A DNA stretch of 64,000 bases from Mobula hypostoma (lineage: Eukaryota): the NCBI RefSeq assembly GCF_963921235.1, contig NC_086108.1, positions 68,822,001 through 68,886,000 on the forward strand, read 5' to 3'. Under the pieces are notes generated by a model. The model had not been told where the DNA came from. It did no database searches and saw only the letters and a program-made list of their open reading frames with translations. Below, in pieces: positions 24,736 to 37,705 of the stretch (the first letter of the stretch is position 1; each line of letters opens with the position of its first letter). The translations under genes and the position numbers were made by a program.

Positions 24736-27700
24736 ATAGATAACAGTAGATTTTGAGCTTTGAACAATGGCAGCTGGGAAATCTTCAGATCGATTATCCA
24801 CTCACATATTCTCTTCTTTAGTTCAAACTTAGTCCTATTCCTTCTTTACCGGTATATATTTAGCAAAATTAAAACATTACACTAAAATCAAAGACTTCCA
24901 AAATTCTATTTGTATACATTTAAGTCTTCTCTAAAGACCAAATACTTGTTGGATTCTGCCAGCAATTCCTTGCACATTTTCAGAATTGCCGTGCAGCTGC
25001 AGAAGTCTGATCTTGTTTGCCAAACTTCACCAGTAATGTCATGGCTGTGCTTTAAGAAACAGAAGCAGGAATAGGCCATGCAATAGGCTGTACATCAACC
25101 CGGTTGTGCCCTGAAAAAGTATGTACATTTCAATGGCTTTCAATCCACATGGACTTCAGCAATGAAATGACATACCCCCAGAATTCCCCACCATTTATGC
25201 TAGGACATCTGCTCTTGAACCTTGCAGCAGCTTAAAACTGGTACAAATCTGCAAGCATATTTATTTGAATGACAAGTTGTAGGGATATGGGAAGATGGCA
25301 AAACAAGCTAAATAGCCTTTGGTCATTTATAACTTCTTTATTGCTTTTAAATAATGTTCTTCGGTGATTTTAATTTTTCATAAAAATTAAAACTTTTATT
25401 GTTACTAATATTGGATCTTTGAGCAGAATAACAAGAACTATTAAAAAAAACTTGAGTTTTGACCATTGGAAAGCTAAGAACATTGTGACTGTAAACATTG
25501 AGAAAAGTTTCACAGGTTGAGCTTTGTCTAGCCCACCAATTACATCATGCAGCAAAAAAAAGTTGATCAGAGCCAGCATGAATAGTTATAACAATTCAGA
25601 TCTGATAAATTCAAGGCCTTCGTGAGTGTGGCAGCAGGCACTATTCATCAAATTCTGGGCTGTTACATTTCAGAAGCACACAGAAGGACATGTATGAAGT
25701 CTGAAAGCACACTACACTCAAAGTTCACAAGAGCTGATGTGCAAAATGAAATTCAGTCCCAGGCAAATTCATTTGGGTACAATACCCCACCAGAGAAGCA
25801 GATGAACTATCTATGAGAGCTGATGCAAGCAGTGTTTTATTCAAAAATTAAAGGATCCACAGAACTAACCTAAATAAAAACTTTTCTTTTCTCAATTGTA
25901 TTTTTATTCATAACCACAGAAAAATGTGACACGAATAGTTTGGAGTGACAGAAAAAAAGCAAGATAGCAAACACCTTTAAGCCTTCCAAGTGACAAGAAT
26001 CACATTTTCCAATAGGAAAAAACACATTTCAGACCTCAGTGTCAGGCTGTCAGAGACAATGTACAAGTTCAGATGCCACATATTTAGTTCTGGTACTACA
26101 GATTCAGTTCACATTCTCTGGAGAACAGCTGGTTAAGCCTTTGTGGTGCTTTAGTGTAAAAGAATAACTTGCACTCACACTTATTTTCTTTTAGTATGCA
26201 AGCAATATTGTTCAGTACAAACACTATCTCGGTAAGAGTTTGAAATATGATTTTATGATTCATTGTGTTAAAGAAGCACAAATACAATCCGCCAGGGACT
26301 TAATCCTATTTTTCTTACTTGGTTCCCAAATCCACACAGCTAGATTTAATCAGATGTATACATAAGCATAAATACTAACAATGTCAGACAAGCATCTGGA
26401 GCGAAATTAGCAGCACTGGCTACTTGTTATTTCAGAGAACAAATACTATTAAAGTCTAATGTTTTGTTACACTTGAGATGCACTCACTGAAAAATAAGTG
26501 CAATACCCCAAATTGTCTTAAAGTGAAAAAGAGAGCTAAGAATACACCAGAAAAATAAGAAAATGATTTTATAATGTCTGAGTAATTTTGCGATCTTCAG
26601 AACAGATTAGCAATTTTGTTTGATGGTATGCAACAACCTTGCTGTGACAGATGGTGAAAATGTTTGTAGGCTTTGGCTAGCATGTCATTTTCTTTATTCC
26701 AAAAATATTAAACCAAAATGAAATACATGCAAGGAATCAGCAAATAAGAGCATTATTCATAAAAATTATATGATTTTATTCTATGAACTCCTGAAAACAA
26801 AGAATAAAACTTTAGCTTGCGACAATAGTGCAAGTTTTATTTTCTTGACATCTTCAGGTTTCTCTGCCATATGACATAATCTCATCATCCACAAGGACCT
26901 AACAGCCTCACTGGCATGAAGTAGCAAATCAAATACAAATCCCATCTGGGAATGGTCGAGAGCCCTTGGATCTTAGGAATGAAAGCTGTTATCATTTTGT
27001 GAATTACAAGAACTATAAAAGGACACTCTACTCAAGCTATCATTGAATGTCACCTGAAAGCAATCACAAAAGGGCTCTACCTAGGCTTATCTCTGAGCTC
27101 TGTCACTAAGGCAACCAGAAGGGAATAGGTTTCAGTGGGTCTATGAATTTAGGAAACCATAAATCCAGGGCAAAAAGATATGAGCAGCCTCTCAAACACT
27201 GATTGCATTAATACATTAGCAAATACGGTGAAACACTGGATAAATGTCAGCAATTATGGAAAGACTCCTCAGAACAATCCATGATGTCTGTCAGCCTCCT
27301 GCAGTGTGCTATCTAAGTGTCATTTAGTGCTACCTAAGCTCTGGTTTTCAAAGACCCAAACCCAAACCACAACCACAACATGCAAATTAATCTCAAAGTA
27401 GAAATAATTTACAATAAATTCTTTCAAGGCTGCTACATGTTATATGTCACAGATTTTACAGAGACCAAAGGATACCCACTTCTTTGAAGTCTGTCATCAC
27501 AGAATTTTGTAGAACTTTGTACAGCCTTATGAGCAATTGTTTGCAGTACATAAAATCAAATACCCAAAACCTGCATTTGGTTCTACTCATTTAAATTTAC
27601 TTGCTGGATGTGAGAAAGACTCACGGTGCCATGGGAACCATTTTCTCTACATTTCTTGTTAACCTCAAGCTCAATAAACAAGGAAACTGGATAGGCTTGC

Positions 27701-28321
27701 TGTAATTGGATTCCTGTATAATCTTGATTCTTTTCTGAACCTGATGGACCTGGCTCATCTGGCAACATCAGTTAACTTAATCTAAGTCAACACTCATTTA
27801 ATATATTATTTTTTGAATCCCTTTAGGTAGCAAAAATACACTGATGGCTGCAGCTCACTTTAATGAGGGATGGGATACTGTACTAGTTGTCAATAATTCT
27901 GTTCTGGCATATCCTCACTAGGGAATCATTTATAGACTTCCATGGTTAGTAAATGTTTTCATTCTGTAAAAGTTCAACTGTGACAAAGAAATAACATACA
28001 ATCATGTGGAATCTCATTTTACATATAAAAGAGCAGGTTTTCAGAATTTTAAGAGCAAAAATACTGCAGCACTGCAAATGTTGGCTGGAGTTCTACTAAC
28101 AAGTAGAATTTACCCTTAAATTCAAAAAATAATAATTTGGAAAAAACAAGGATTATAAATTAAAAATAAATCCAATACCATTTTATATCATGATCATCTG
28201 TATGATGTGGGAAATACGACACATTTTGAAATTTAAATAATATTCATAAAACAAATAATATTATAATATTTTGGGATATTAATGGCTCACCTCTGAATAT
28301 GATACAAAAGTCAATTATTAC

Positions 28322-28562
28322 TAGAGAAAATCTGCAGATGCTGGAAATCCAAGCAATACACACAAAATGTTGGGGGAACTCAGCAGGCCAAGCAGAATCT
28401 ATGGAAAAGAGTACAGTCAATGTTTCAGGCAGAGAGCCTTCATCAGGACTGGAGAAAAAATGTTTCAGTCCTGATGAAGGGTCTCGGCTCAAAACGTCAA
28501 ATATACTCTTTTCCATAGATGCTGCCTGGCTTGCTAGTTCCTCCAGCATTTTGTGTGTGTTG
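28322..28562. repeat. Palindromic Penelope-derived element with a hammerhead-like motif on each strand (28414-28451 minus; 28466-28503 plus)
   Basis: ~90-bp inverted arms around a short spacer; cagtcctgatgaagg in both orientations. Confidence 0.85.
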
Positions 28563-29304
28563 ATTACAAAATTGTTGCATTGTTTGGGACCAAATACTGA
28601 ATGACTGTAAAGAATGATTATTTAAATTCTCTTTGTAACTTCACTACATGATGTCATATATCTTATAATAAAATCAACAGACATAAAGAGTTGAAGAGAA
28701 AAAAAATGGTACAGCAATGATCTGCACATGCAACTACAACATACATCTTTTCAGAAATACATAGTTCACATTCCAGCCCTGTCTGATGTATTCCACGATG
28801 GCAGTCTACCCAGATATCTTGGCTGAAGTATCAATGTTGCAATGTCAATTCACTCTGTAAATAATGTAGCTGCACTCTCAGTGAAAAAACTGTTTGAAGC
28901 TGTTTAGAGAGCGAAAACTCAAAAAGGTTCTGTGAATATTTTTTAAGCCTTCTAACAATTCAATGTTCTGAGGAGAGAGAGTTAGGATGAATACAGTCCA
29001 TAGAACAAAACTCCCTGAGTAACCCTGAAACATAACTGCAAATGTTGAAAATCAGAACATGTTGGGAATATTCAGTACAGACAGCAGTGTTCAGGGAATG
29101 AAAAAGACTTCACACCACAGGTCAATAACTATACATCATGTCATCAAGCTGAAATATTAACTTTCTGTCTCCATAGATGCTGGGTGACCTGCTGAGCATT
29201 TTAACATCTGACATTTGAATAGCCTTGTGTAAAGAACTGCTTCATCATCTTCGTAGGCAGCCCCTCAGTAATTAAGAGTGTCTTGCTTTTAGAGTTGTAC
29301 TGTG

Positions 29305-30420
29305 ATCAGTGGTTCAGTTCAACCAGCTATTTGGGACAAATCTTAAACAACATAAAATAATAGAGAAAATAGCCAGGATTCCCTTGGTTTATTTGGGACA
29401 CCAAGCCGCTTAAGTGGGACAGAAGACTTCTGCTGAACAATTTTTACTTACTGTCAGTCGCGTTAACTTGTGTAGCCATTAGACATAACACTATGCTTAC
29501 AGTGAACTGTCTTTAAATAGCGTCAGTTACATGTGTTTGTGCTCAAAAAGCAGTAATTTCTGTCACTGACAGTTGTCAAGAAATGGACGATTTGTAATTG
29601 TTTTGCTCACTGAGGAACTTGAAGGTATTGACAATCATCATGATCGTTACAATGAAAATGAGTTGGAGGATGCACTCATCAAAAGCATTTTACGATAGCA
29701 GTCCATTATCTGTATTAGGTGTCTGTGCTAATTTTGTTCATTTGCAGACAGTGTGTTAGTTGCCTGTGGTATCCAGTGATGACAGTGAACCCTTTGTGGG
29801 AGAGTTTTTAATGTGGAAAAGCCATTGCACTGTGACAGTTCCACTGTCTCAACCTCGGAAGCCTGACTCCTGTGGTATGAGTAGTCGTCACAAACTGAAG
29901 TCTTCCTTGGTTACAGTGGATAACCATGACTTCTATGCCTTGTCATGCCCTTCACTCTCCACGAAGCATTGAAGAACCACCTTCCAGGTCATTGGATATC
30001 ACTGCTGATCTCATCCGTTCAGTTTGTTGGAGCTGACTTTACGTGCTAGGACAGTCCTGTCCCTACTTCACTGTATGAGGCCTGCCAGCTACCATCACCT
30101 GGTTTAATCTGCCTGTCAAAATGGTTTACCAGGGTGTGGCTGCTGTCACATGCAAACAGCTACTTGGAGCCACAGGCGAGAACTTATTTTCTTTTGGGGA
30201 CCAAAAGAAAGCGAGATGCCCTAGAATGGACACCATACATAGTAGGAATTAATCCATAGTTTTATAGTACTGTAATAGCATTGGTAGTGTTTGTTACTCA
30301 GTTAAATGGCAGTACCTTTTAAAACTTTCCATGAAACTTTGGTGAATTGAGGCAGCCGATTTACTTGGCCACAATGTACTGGTCCCAATGCGTACCAGTT
30401 AACCAGACTCCACAATATAC
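29305..30420. mobile_element. Tigger-like MITE with a nested RTE-related insert (about 29770-30235)
   Basis: Repeated ttgggaca motifs; homologous in reverse orientation to 37045-37705 and 40805-41220. Confidence 0.55.
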
Positions 30421-30444
30421 TGTAACTTACAATAAGAAATATTT

Positions 30445-30745
30445 ATTTTATTTATTTTTTGTTTCTTTATTGAGATACAGTGTGTAATAGGCCCTTCTGG
30501 CCCTTCAGGCCGCACCTCCCAGCAGTCCCCCGATTTAATCCGAGCCTAATCACAGGGCAATTTACAATGACCAATTAACCAACCAACTGAAATGTCTTCA
30601 GACTATGGGAGGAAACCAGGGCCCCCAGGGAAACCCATGCGGTCACAGAGAGAATGTACAACTCCTTACAGGCAGCAGTGGGAATTGAATCCAGGTCATC
30701 TGTACTGTAGAGCACTGAGCTAACCACTACTCTACCATGCTGCCA
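30445..30745 (-). mobile_element. V-SINE/HE1-like tRNA-derived SINE
   Basis: gggaattgaatcc (reverse B box), gggaggaaacc V-domain, (ttta)n tail. Confidence 0.75.
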
Positions 30746-30799
30746 ATACAAATATAAAAATAAATAAATATTTATAGACAAATATATATTTTAAAAGAT

Positions 30800-31310
30800 C
30801 AGTAATGCAAAAATAGTATTCATGGACCATTCAGAAACATCATGGCAGAGGGAAAGAACCTGTTCCTAAATGGTCCATGAATACTATTTTGCAATGTTCT
30901 TAAAACATTGAGTGTGGGTCTTCAGGTTCCTGTCCCTCCTTCCAACTGGTCCTTAATGATGCCGCTTTTTTGAAGCATTGCCTTTTGAAGATAGCCTCGA
31001 TAGTGGGTGCGCTAGTGCCCATGATAGAGCTGGCTGAGCTTACAACCCTCTAAAGATTTTTCCAGTCCTGTGCAGTAGCCTCACCATACTAGATGATGAT
31101 GCAACTAGCTAGAATGCTCTCCATTGCACATGGGTTGAAATTTGCTAGTCTATGGTGAAATATCTAATCTTCTCAAACTCATAATGAAATGTAGCTGCAG
31201 GAGTGCCTTCTTCGCAATTGCCTCAATATGTTGGGCCCAGGATAGATCTTCAAAGATCTTGGCACCCATGAACTTGAATCTGCATAACCTTTCCACTGCT
31301 GACCTCTCAA
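30800..31310 (-). mobile_element. Decayed Rex1/Babar 3' fragment
   Basis: ccttaatgat..gccgcttttttga and caccatac..gatgatgcaac...aatgctctcc, reverse of other copies. Confidence 0.65.
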
Positions 31311-32424
31311 CGATAATGTAAAAACATTCTGTCTGGATGCAATTTGATGCACTAGAAATTCAGCTTCTCAATCTACAGATGAGATGCTACTACGTACCTC
31401 ATTATGAACCACTGGTTTATTTTAGATGTATCGGAAAATTGAAATGCACACACAATATTGGAGGAACTCAGCAGGTCAGGAGGCAACTATGGAAAGGAAT
31501 AAACACTTGACATTTTGAGCTGAGAATTTATGTAGGATACCACATGTATCAAAAGTGAGACTAGCACTGAGCAAGCAAGTGTTTCCTTGTCCAACTATTA
31601 CGCTGTTAATTTGGTACGTGATGCTGCTGAACCCCTCCCTGGCATGCTGTCTGCAAGTTCAGGGCTTTATCCACCTGCAAGTGGAAGAATCAAAGCTGCC
31701 CCTTCTTCTACAGCTGGAAATCGTTTCCAAGTTAATGTAGGATTTGGAGCAACTATAACATTCATAGGGTAAATTCAGTGTTAATAAATGAATATGCATT
31801 GTTTCAAGGTAACAGATTTTTTGTGAACTCCTGTCCCAACGAGGAGATGCCATTAGGAAGGAAGAATATAAATTGGTTTAAAAAATTAATCTAAATCTGT
31901 TTTAAAATGTAGACCCTCTTTCTCCACCCCACTTCCCTCCTTCTCTGTAGTTCAGTCATTCAGAGAGCTGGACATTATGTTCCCGAATTCATTGAGCTAT
32001 AGTTGTTCCATACTGTAGGTACTATCTTAGCTTCTTATTATGGAAAAGTATATTTTTGTGAATCATTTGCTGCATTCATGGGATAACAAGCTGTAGCAAT
32101 TTCAGTGGATTTGTGAATGGTACCTGTCCGAGAATGAGCCTCAGATTTTCGCAACGTAAAAAGGTCATTTCATCAATCTACTTCATTGTACGATACCCTC
32201 TGGCAATAAAGGTCTGTGATGATACCTTGGAAAATATATGATGCTTCCTGTGTCTCAGAAGCCACTGCTCAATGCAAGCAAAATTACTGATAAAATTCAC
32301 TATTGCTTTCAGTGCACTAGTGCAGACCCAGAATTCACTGTATATTATGCATTGCACTGTACAGCTGCCACAAAACAACAAATTTCACAACAAATTTAGT
32401 TAGCATCCACTTGAGATCGTCCTG

Positions 32425-32615
32425 CTTGGTGGCGCAATAGTATCAGTGCCGGACTTCAGAGCGAAGGTTCCCAAGTTCGAATCCAAGTCAGGTTGAGCGT
32501 TGAGCTAGCAACGTGGCCTTATAAAAAGAAGAATAGCTTGCTAAGGAAACACCGTCAAAAAGATGGTGCCCCGATAACTCCACTGCCGAGTTAAGGACTA
32601 TTCTCCTTCTTCTTC
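32425..32615 (+). mobile_element. tRNA-derived SINE
   Basis: A box tggcgcaatag, B box gttcgaatcc, (ctt)n tail. Confidence 0.65.
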
Positions 32616-34996
32616 TTTCCATTTGAGATCAAGGATAGGCATGGCAGCAGATGCAATTTGCCATTTAGATTTTTTTTAGAGAGCGTAGGGTAAGTTGAAG
32701 AACTGTCCTGAAGTTACAATCTTCTCAAACTTGTTGAGTTCTGGGTTTGTCTCAGTTCAATCAGTGCTGGTTGGATTTAGCACCCAGCATGTTGATTAGA
32801 TAGAATTAGATAATGTGGCTTTGGCAATATCACAGAGATTAAACAACAAGACCAAGCTGTCACAGATCCAGTCATACTGGATCAGATGTTTTGTCAACTG
32901 CTATTTGCAGGACTGCATGGAGTTTAATCTAATAAAGAACAGACACAAAATGTTATTGCTATCTGCAAACAAGTCCTAAATGCATTTTGTACACTGAGGG
33001 AACTCAATTCTCTAAAAGCATCATTAAGATGATTAAAAAATACAACTTTTTGCCTTCCAAACATCATACGCAAGACTCAAGGATAGAAATCTGCAAATTA
33101 TAGTTAACAATAATTCTTCAGGTTAGAGGACTACAGACAATGGTGTTCTCCAAGTGTCAAGAATAGGAAAACAGAATTGTTCTCCTTGAGGCAACTAAGA
33201 TTCAGAGATGCACCAGGCCCCTCAGACTGGGCAGACAAAGAAAGTCTGTTTGTATTAGATGATCATACACAAACTAGAGGATTCAAACTAGAGATACAAG
33301 GAGATTGCGAGGAGAGTTTTGTTATTTTTTTTAAAGCTGCAAGTGGTAATATTCTGGAAGTTGCACCCTTAATGGGAATCTATAAATTCAAAAGGAAATT
33401 GGATAGGTTGAGAGGAAAATGAACTGGCAAGGATAAAGGGACTGAGTGGAGAGTCCAACTAAGCTGCCCTTCTCAGAGCAGCCACGAAATTCTTGAGCTG
33501 AACGGATTGTATGCGCCAGCATGATTCAGCAAGGATAGAAAATGTTACAGAGGATAGGGAGTAAGGCAAGGGTCGAAAGGTTGAGGCAAAGGGGAATGGG
33601 TGGGAAGGCAGGCAAGGGATTTACTATGTCAATAATAGGTGGTTTAATTTAAATGTTTTCAATGTCTGTTCACATACAATAGTAATGGTACAATTGAATA
33701 CCTTGCTTAACTATTTCCGAGGGCATTTACGAGTGAACTACATAGTAGCACACCTGGCAGATCTGTTTCCTTACAGCTCCAGTCACCTGGGTACAGTCCT
33801 GATCTCTGGAACTACCTTTGTGCAGTTCCACGTTTTCCCTGATTGCATATGCTCTCGTTTCCACCCACTTCCCAAAGACATGGAGCTCAGTAGGTTATTA
33901 GCCACTATTAATTTTCCCTAGTGGGTATGTGAGTGGTAGAATCGAGGTAGATTGGAATGTGGGAAAAATCTATTACAGCGAGAATACTGTTGCTCTTTGA
34001 GCCAGCAAAGACATGATCAGTCTAAATGGCCTCTTTCTATGTCAGAAGAAAATTTAATAATACACTACCAGAGTGGGTATAGACAGCAGATTTCATGCTC
34101 TTTTGGAATTTGGTTGATTTTGCAATCATCGTTACTAATAAGACTAGCTTGTTTTAATATAAATTCCAGATTAAGTTCTTCCTGAGGGGTTTGGAACCAT
34201 GCATTTGCATCTGGATTATTAGCCTGGTAATTTAACTGCTCCATCACAATAACCATGTGGAGAATAAAAATTGTTCGAAGATTAGAGAAAGAGAAAACTG
34301 TTAATTTCAATCACTAAAGCAGATGGAACTTCACTGATCCTAACTGAATGATTATTAATTTCAGAAAATTTAAAACATCAATATCACATAGTTTTTTTAG
34401 TCCAACCAAATAATCAATCTATTAACAATGACGTGGTCAATCAAAAATATTGATCTTTTTAAGACATATCTTGGCTTCACTGCAGCAGATTTTCCCCCCA
34501 AATTAAAGCTTAGAAGTTTTATAATTTCTCCACATCTTAAATATTTCTACAACAAATTCATAACAGAAACTAAATCTTTAACAGATTAAAGTAAATTAAA
34601 ATCCAGGCTTCAGTAAACAGGCTTTCATTCCAAATTACATTAAAACTTGAAAAAGAAATAAAGAATGGGTGGCTAAATTATTTCAGTTGAAAGCCTTTAT
34701 GCGCTGAGATACTAAAACACCTTGAAATGTTTATACAGCTGACTATTCTCAACCAGGGCAAATCTGAAAAGTAAGCTCTTGTGCCCTATGCTTCTCTTCA
34801 ATTATGTAAGATGTTTGGCTAATAGTTACAATGGTCATATAAAAAGAGTAATACAGAAATGAAAATATCAAAACCACATACTAACAAATGCCGAATGGTA
34901 CATAAAAGAACATCTGCTGAAAGTAAGTCTCTGCCTATTCATTACACAATAACGAGTGAAGCATAGTAAAATTCGTTGAAAATACATTGCACTCAC

Positions 34997-35083
34997 AGAA
35001 TCATCCTCGGCAGCAGCAGGCCAACCTTCCCATACCTGATGGCGGACGTGAATGTTTGTGAGGTCAAATATGTTACGCTTTAC
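34997..35083 (-). CDS. FAF1: Internal coding exon (87 bp, phase 0/0) of Fas-associated factor 1, ubiquitin-like region
   Basis: The minus strand reads tttttttttattag|GTAAAGCGT...GATGATTCT|gtgagt, with a canonical polypyrimidine acceptor and donor. Translation VKRNIFDLTNIHVRHQVWEGWPAAAEDDS matches recalled human FAF1 VKRNVYDLTSIPVRHQLWEGWPTSATDDS. No neighbouring FAF1 exons were found in the window. Confidence 0.93.
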
Positions 35084-36319
35084 CTAATAAAAAAAAAGTT
35101 TAAAAAGGATATAATACACTTCATTTTGCTTTATTAGAAAGTCATTTCCAGCATACAGCACATTTTCAGCATAAGTCTTGATATAACAAATGAAAAGAAT
35201 ATATATTAATGTCAACTTCATATTTGAGCCTTTTTATTCTGTGATTTTCAAAACATTTTCAAAATAAAAAGGCATGGTTGTCAAAGATAGCGTCATTCAA
35301 CACAGTATGATGATCACTGGATAGTTATTGAGAAAAATAAACAAAACACTCCCTTTAGAGTGTTATCTCTCAGGTCCCAAAAATTATATGTATCAGTATG
35401 ATTTGGGTTATTCAATTAAAAGAGAACTGGACAATGGGCATTTAAAAAACAAATGTTACCATTCACCTTATTTATTTATTTATTGATTGATTGCTAACCT
35501 TTCCTTTCTTTAAACATATATCAATATAACATTCTAAATAATGCTGAGGATATACAGTAACCTCAGATTTACAAGTATGACCTAGCTTCTGCTGAACAGT
35601 ACAGGTAAAACAAAGCTGCTGGAAATTCCACAGCTTCAATGCTGTGGAAAGTTTAGCATGTCTTAACTGTTAAACACTACTTTTGCATACTTGGCAAAAT
35701 TGGGAAATGACCTTCTCAAATACTTTGAAATCATTCCATTTAATGATTTTGTATCAAAACCATTCACAATTAATCAAAATATTAAAAAAATTTAAAAATC
35801 CATCAACTAAAAGGTGAGTTAGAAATTGGTTGTGCACAATAACAGGAACTTAGTCCAAAACTTCAATTGTAAACATAATCCTTAAAGGCTATTAGCATTC
35901 CACATTACAACAATACAGTTCAAGAGATGATTATTAAACTTTGTTCATTATAGGAATTATCGCAAAACAAAATTGCAGGCATATCCTTGAAATTCAGCTT
36001 TCAAAACAAAAATCCAAGATCACTGTATGCAATTCAAATTTTTTTTTACAAATCAAATTGGGTTTCTCTGAAGAGCATGTTATCAAGGAATTACCAACTT
36101 CAAACATGCTCAAAACATTTATCAGAAATTAGGTTTATCAATTCATCCAAAAATAAAACAACTAATTTTAAGAGATTGGATATTTGCAAGAAGCAAGGTG
36201 AATTACTGCAAAAGTCACAGTCAAAATTGAGACTTAAGTACATTGAGAATTCGACATTTGAATAACGGTGTTCCCTATTATTCCTTTCAACATAGATCAT
36301 CTACTGTAAGACAAATGGC

Positions 36320-36830
36320 CTAATTTGGAGTCTTGTGTGCAGTTCTGGTCACCTACCATCAGGAAAGATATCAATAAGCTTGAAAAAGTACAAAGAAAAT
36401 TGACAAGAATGTCACGTCTTGAGGAAATGAGTTATACAGAAAAGTTGAATAGGTTAGTACTTTATTCATCGGAGCACAGGAAAATGAGAGAAGATTTGAT
36501 AGAGAGATACAAAATGATGAGAGGTATAGATAGATTAAATGCATGCAGGCATTTTCCACTGAGATTGGGTGAGATAAGAACTACAGGTCATAGGTTAAGG
36601 GTGAAAAGTGAAATACTTAAGGGATACATGAAAGGGTATTCTTCACTCAGAGGGTGATGAGAGTGTGGGACAAGCTGCCAGCAGAAATGGTGGATGCAGG
36701 TTCAATTTCAAAACTTAAGAGAAACTTGGATAAGTATATGAATGGGAGGGTTATGGAGAGCTATAGTCCAGCTACAGGTTAATGGGACTACAGGTTAATA
36801 GTTCAGCACAGACGAGATGGGTCAAAGCAT
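36320..36830 (+). mobile_element. CR1 LINE 3' fragment
   Basis: ESCVQFWSP..RKDINKLEKVQRK...REDLIERYK. Confidence 0.85.
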
Positions 36831-37122
36831 AGCTCTCAGAGTTTTTGAGGCATGCAAGCATCCAAACAATGACATGGTTGCCGTCCTCTTGGAGGTCTGT
36901 TATTCTAAGAACTTTAAATAATGAAGAAATATTAATTTAATACAATGCAATCCTTCATGCCTAATTACATAAAACATTCAGGAGAAAAACTTAATATTCC
37001 TATTTGTGTAAAAAGTCCAGTTCTCAATGATAATGGGATTTCAGTACAATAGTAAATTACAGTTAATTGAAACACATCAGGACCAATACATTTTTGCCCA
37101 ATTAAGCAGCTACCCCAATTAG

Positions 37123-37418
37123 CACCACGATAGTTTAGCAGTTAGTGTGACACTATTGCAGCTCAGGGCAATCTGGAGTTTGGAGTTCAATTCCTGTGCC
37201 ATTCTGTAAGGTGTCTCTATATGTCCTCCCCATGAAATGTGTACATTTTCTCGAGGTCCTCTGGTTTCCTCTCATAGTCCAAAGACGTACCAGGCAGGTA
37301 ACATGGTCATTGTAAATTATCCTGTGGTTCGGTTAGGGCTAATAAAGTTTGTCAGGGGTTGCTAGGGTGGCAAGGCTTGAAAGGCCAGAAGGGCCTACTC
37401 GTTGTATCACTAAATAAA
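37123..37418 (+). mobile_element. V-SINE/HE1-like SINE
   Basis: A box and B box (ggagttcaattcc), V domain, taaataaa tail. Confidence 0.75.
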
Positions 37419-37705
37419 TTAGACAAAGTTTCATTGAAATAGTTTAAAACATATAAAAAAGACAAACTGGGTAACAAATCATGTATTTAAATGAAATACA
37501 GAACAAATTAGAACACCAGCAATAATAGACTACTATAAAACTGTGTATTAGTTTATAATACTTATCAATGGAGGAATTCATCCAGTGTATGCTGCCGTGT
37601 TCTTTTGACTGCAAGTGAATAGAATCAGTACAGGCACCTAATACAGATAATGGACTGATGGACTGCCTTCATACAATGCTTTCGACAATTACATCCTCCA
37701 AATCT

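Noticed and set aside
32425..32500. tRNA gene
   Set aside because: A and B boxes are present but there is no cloverleaf; it continues into a SINE body and tail
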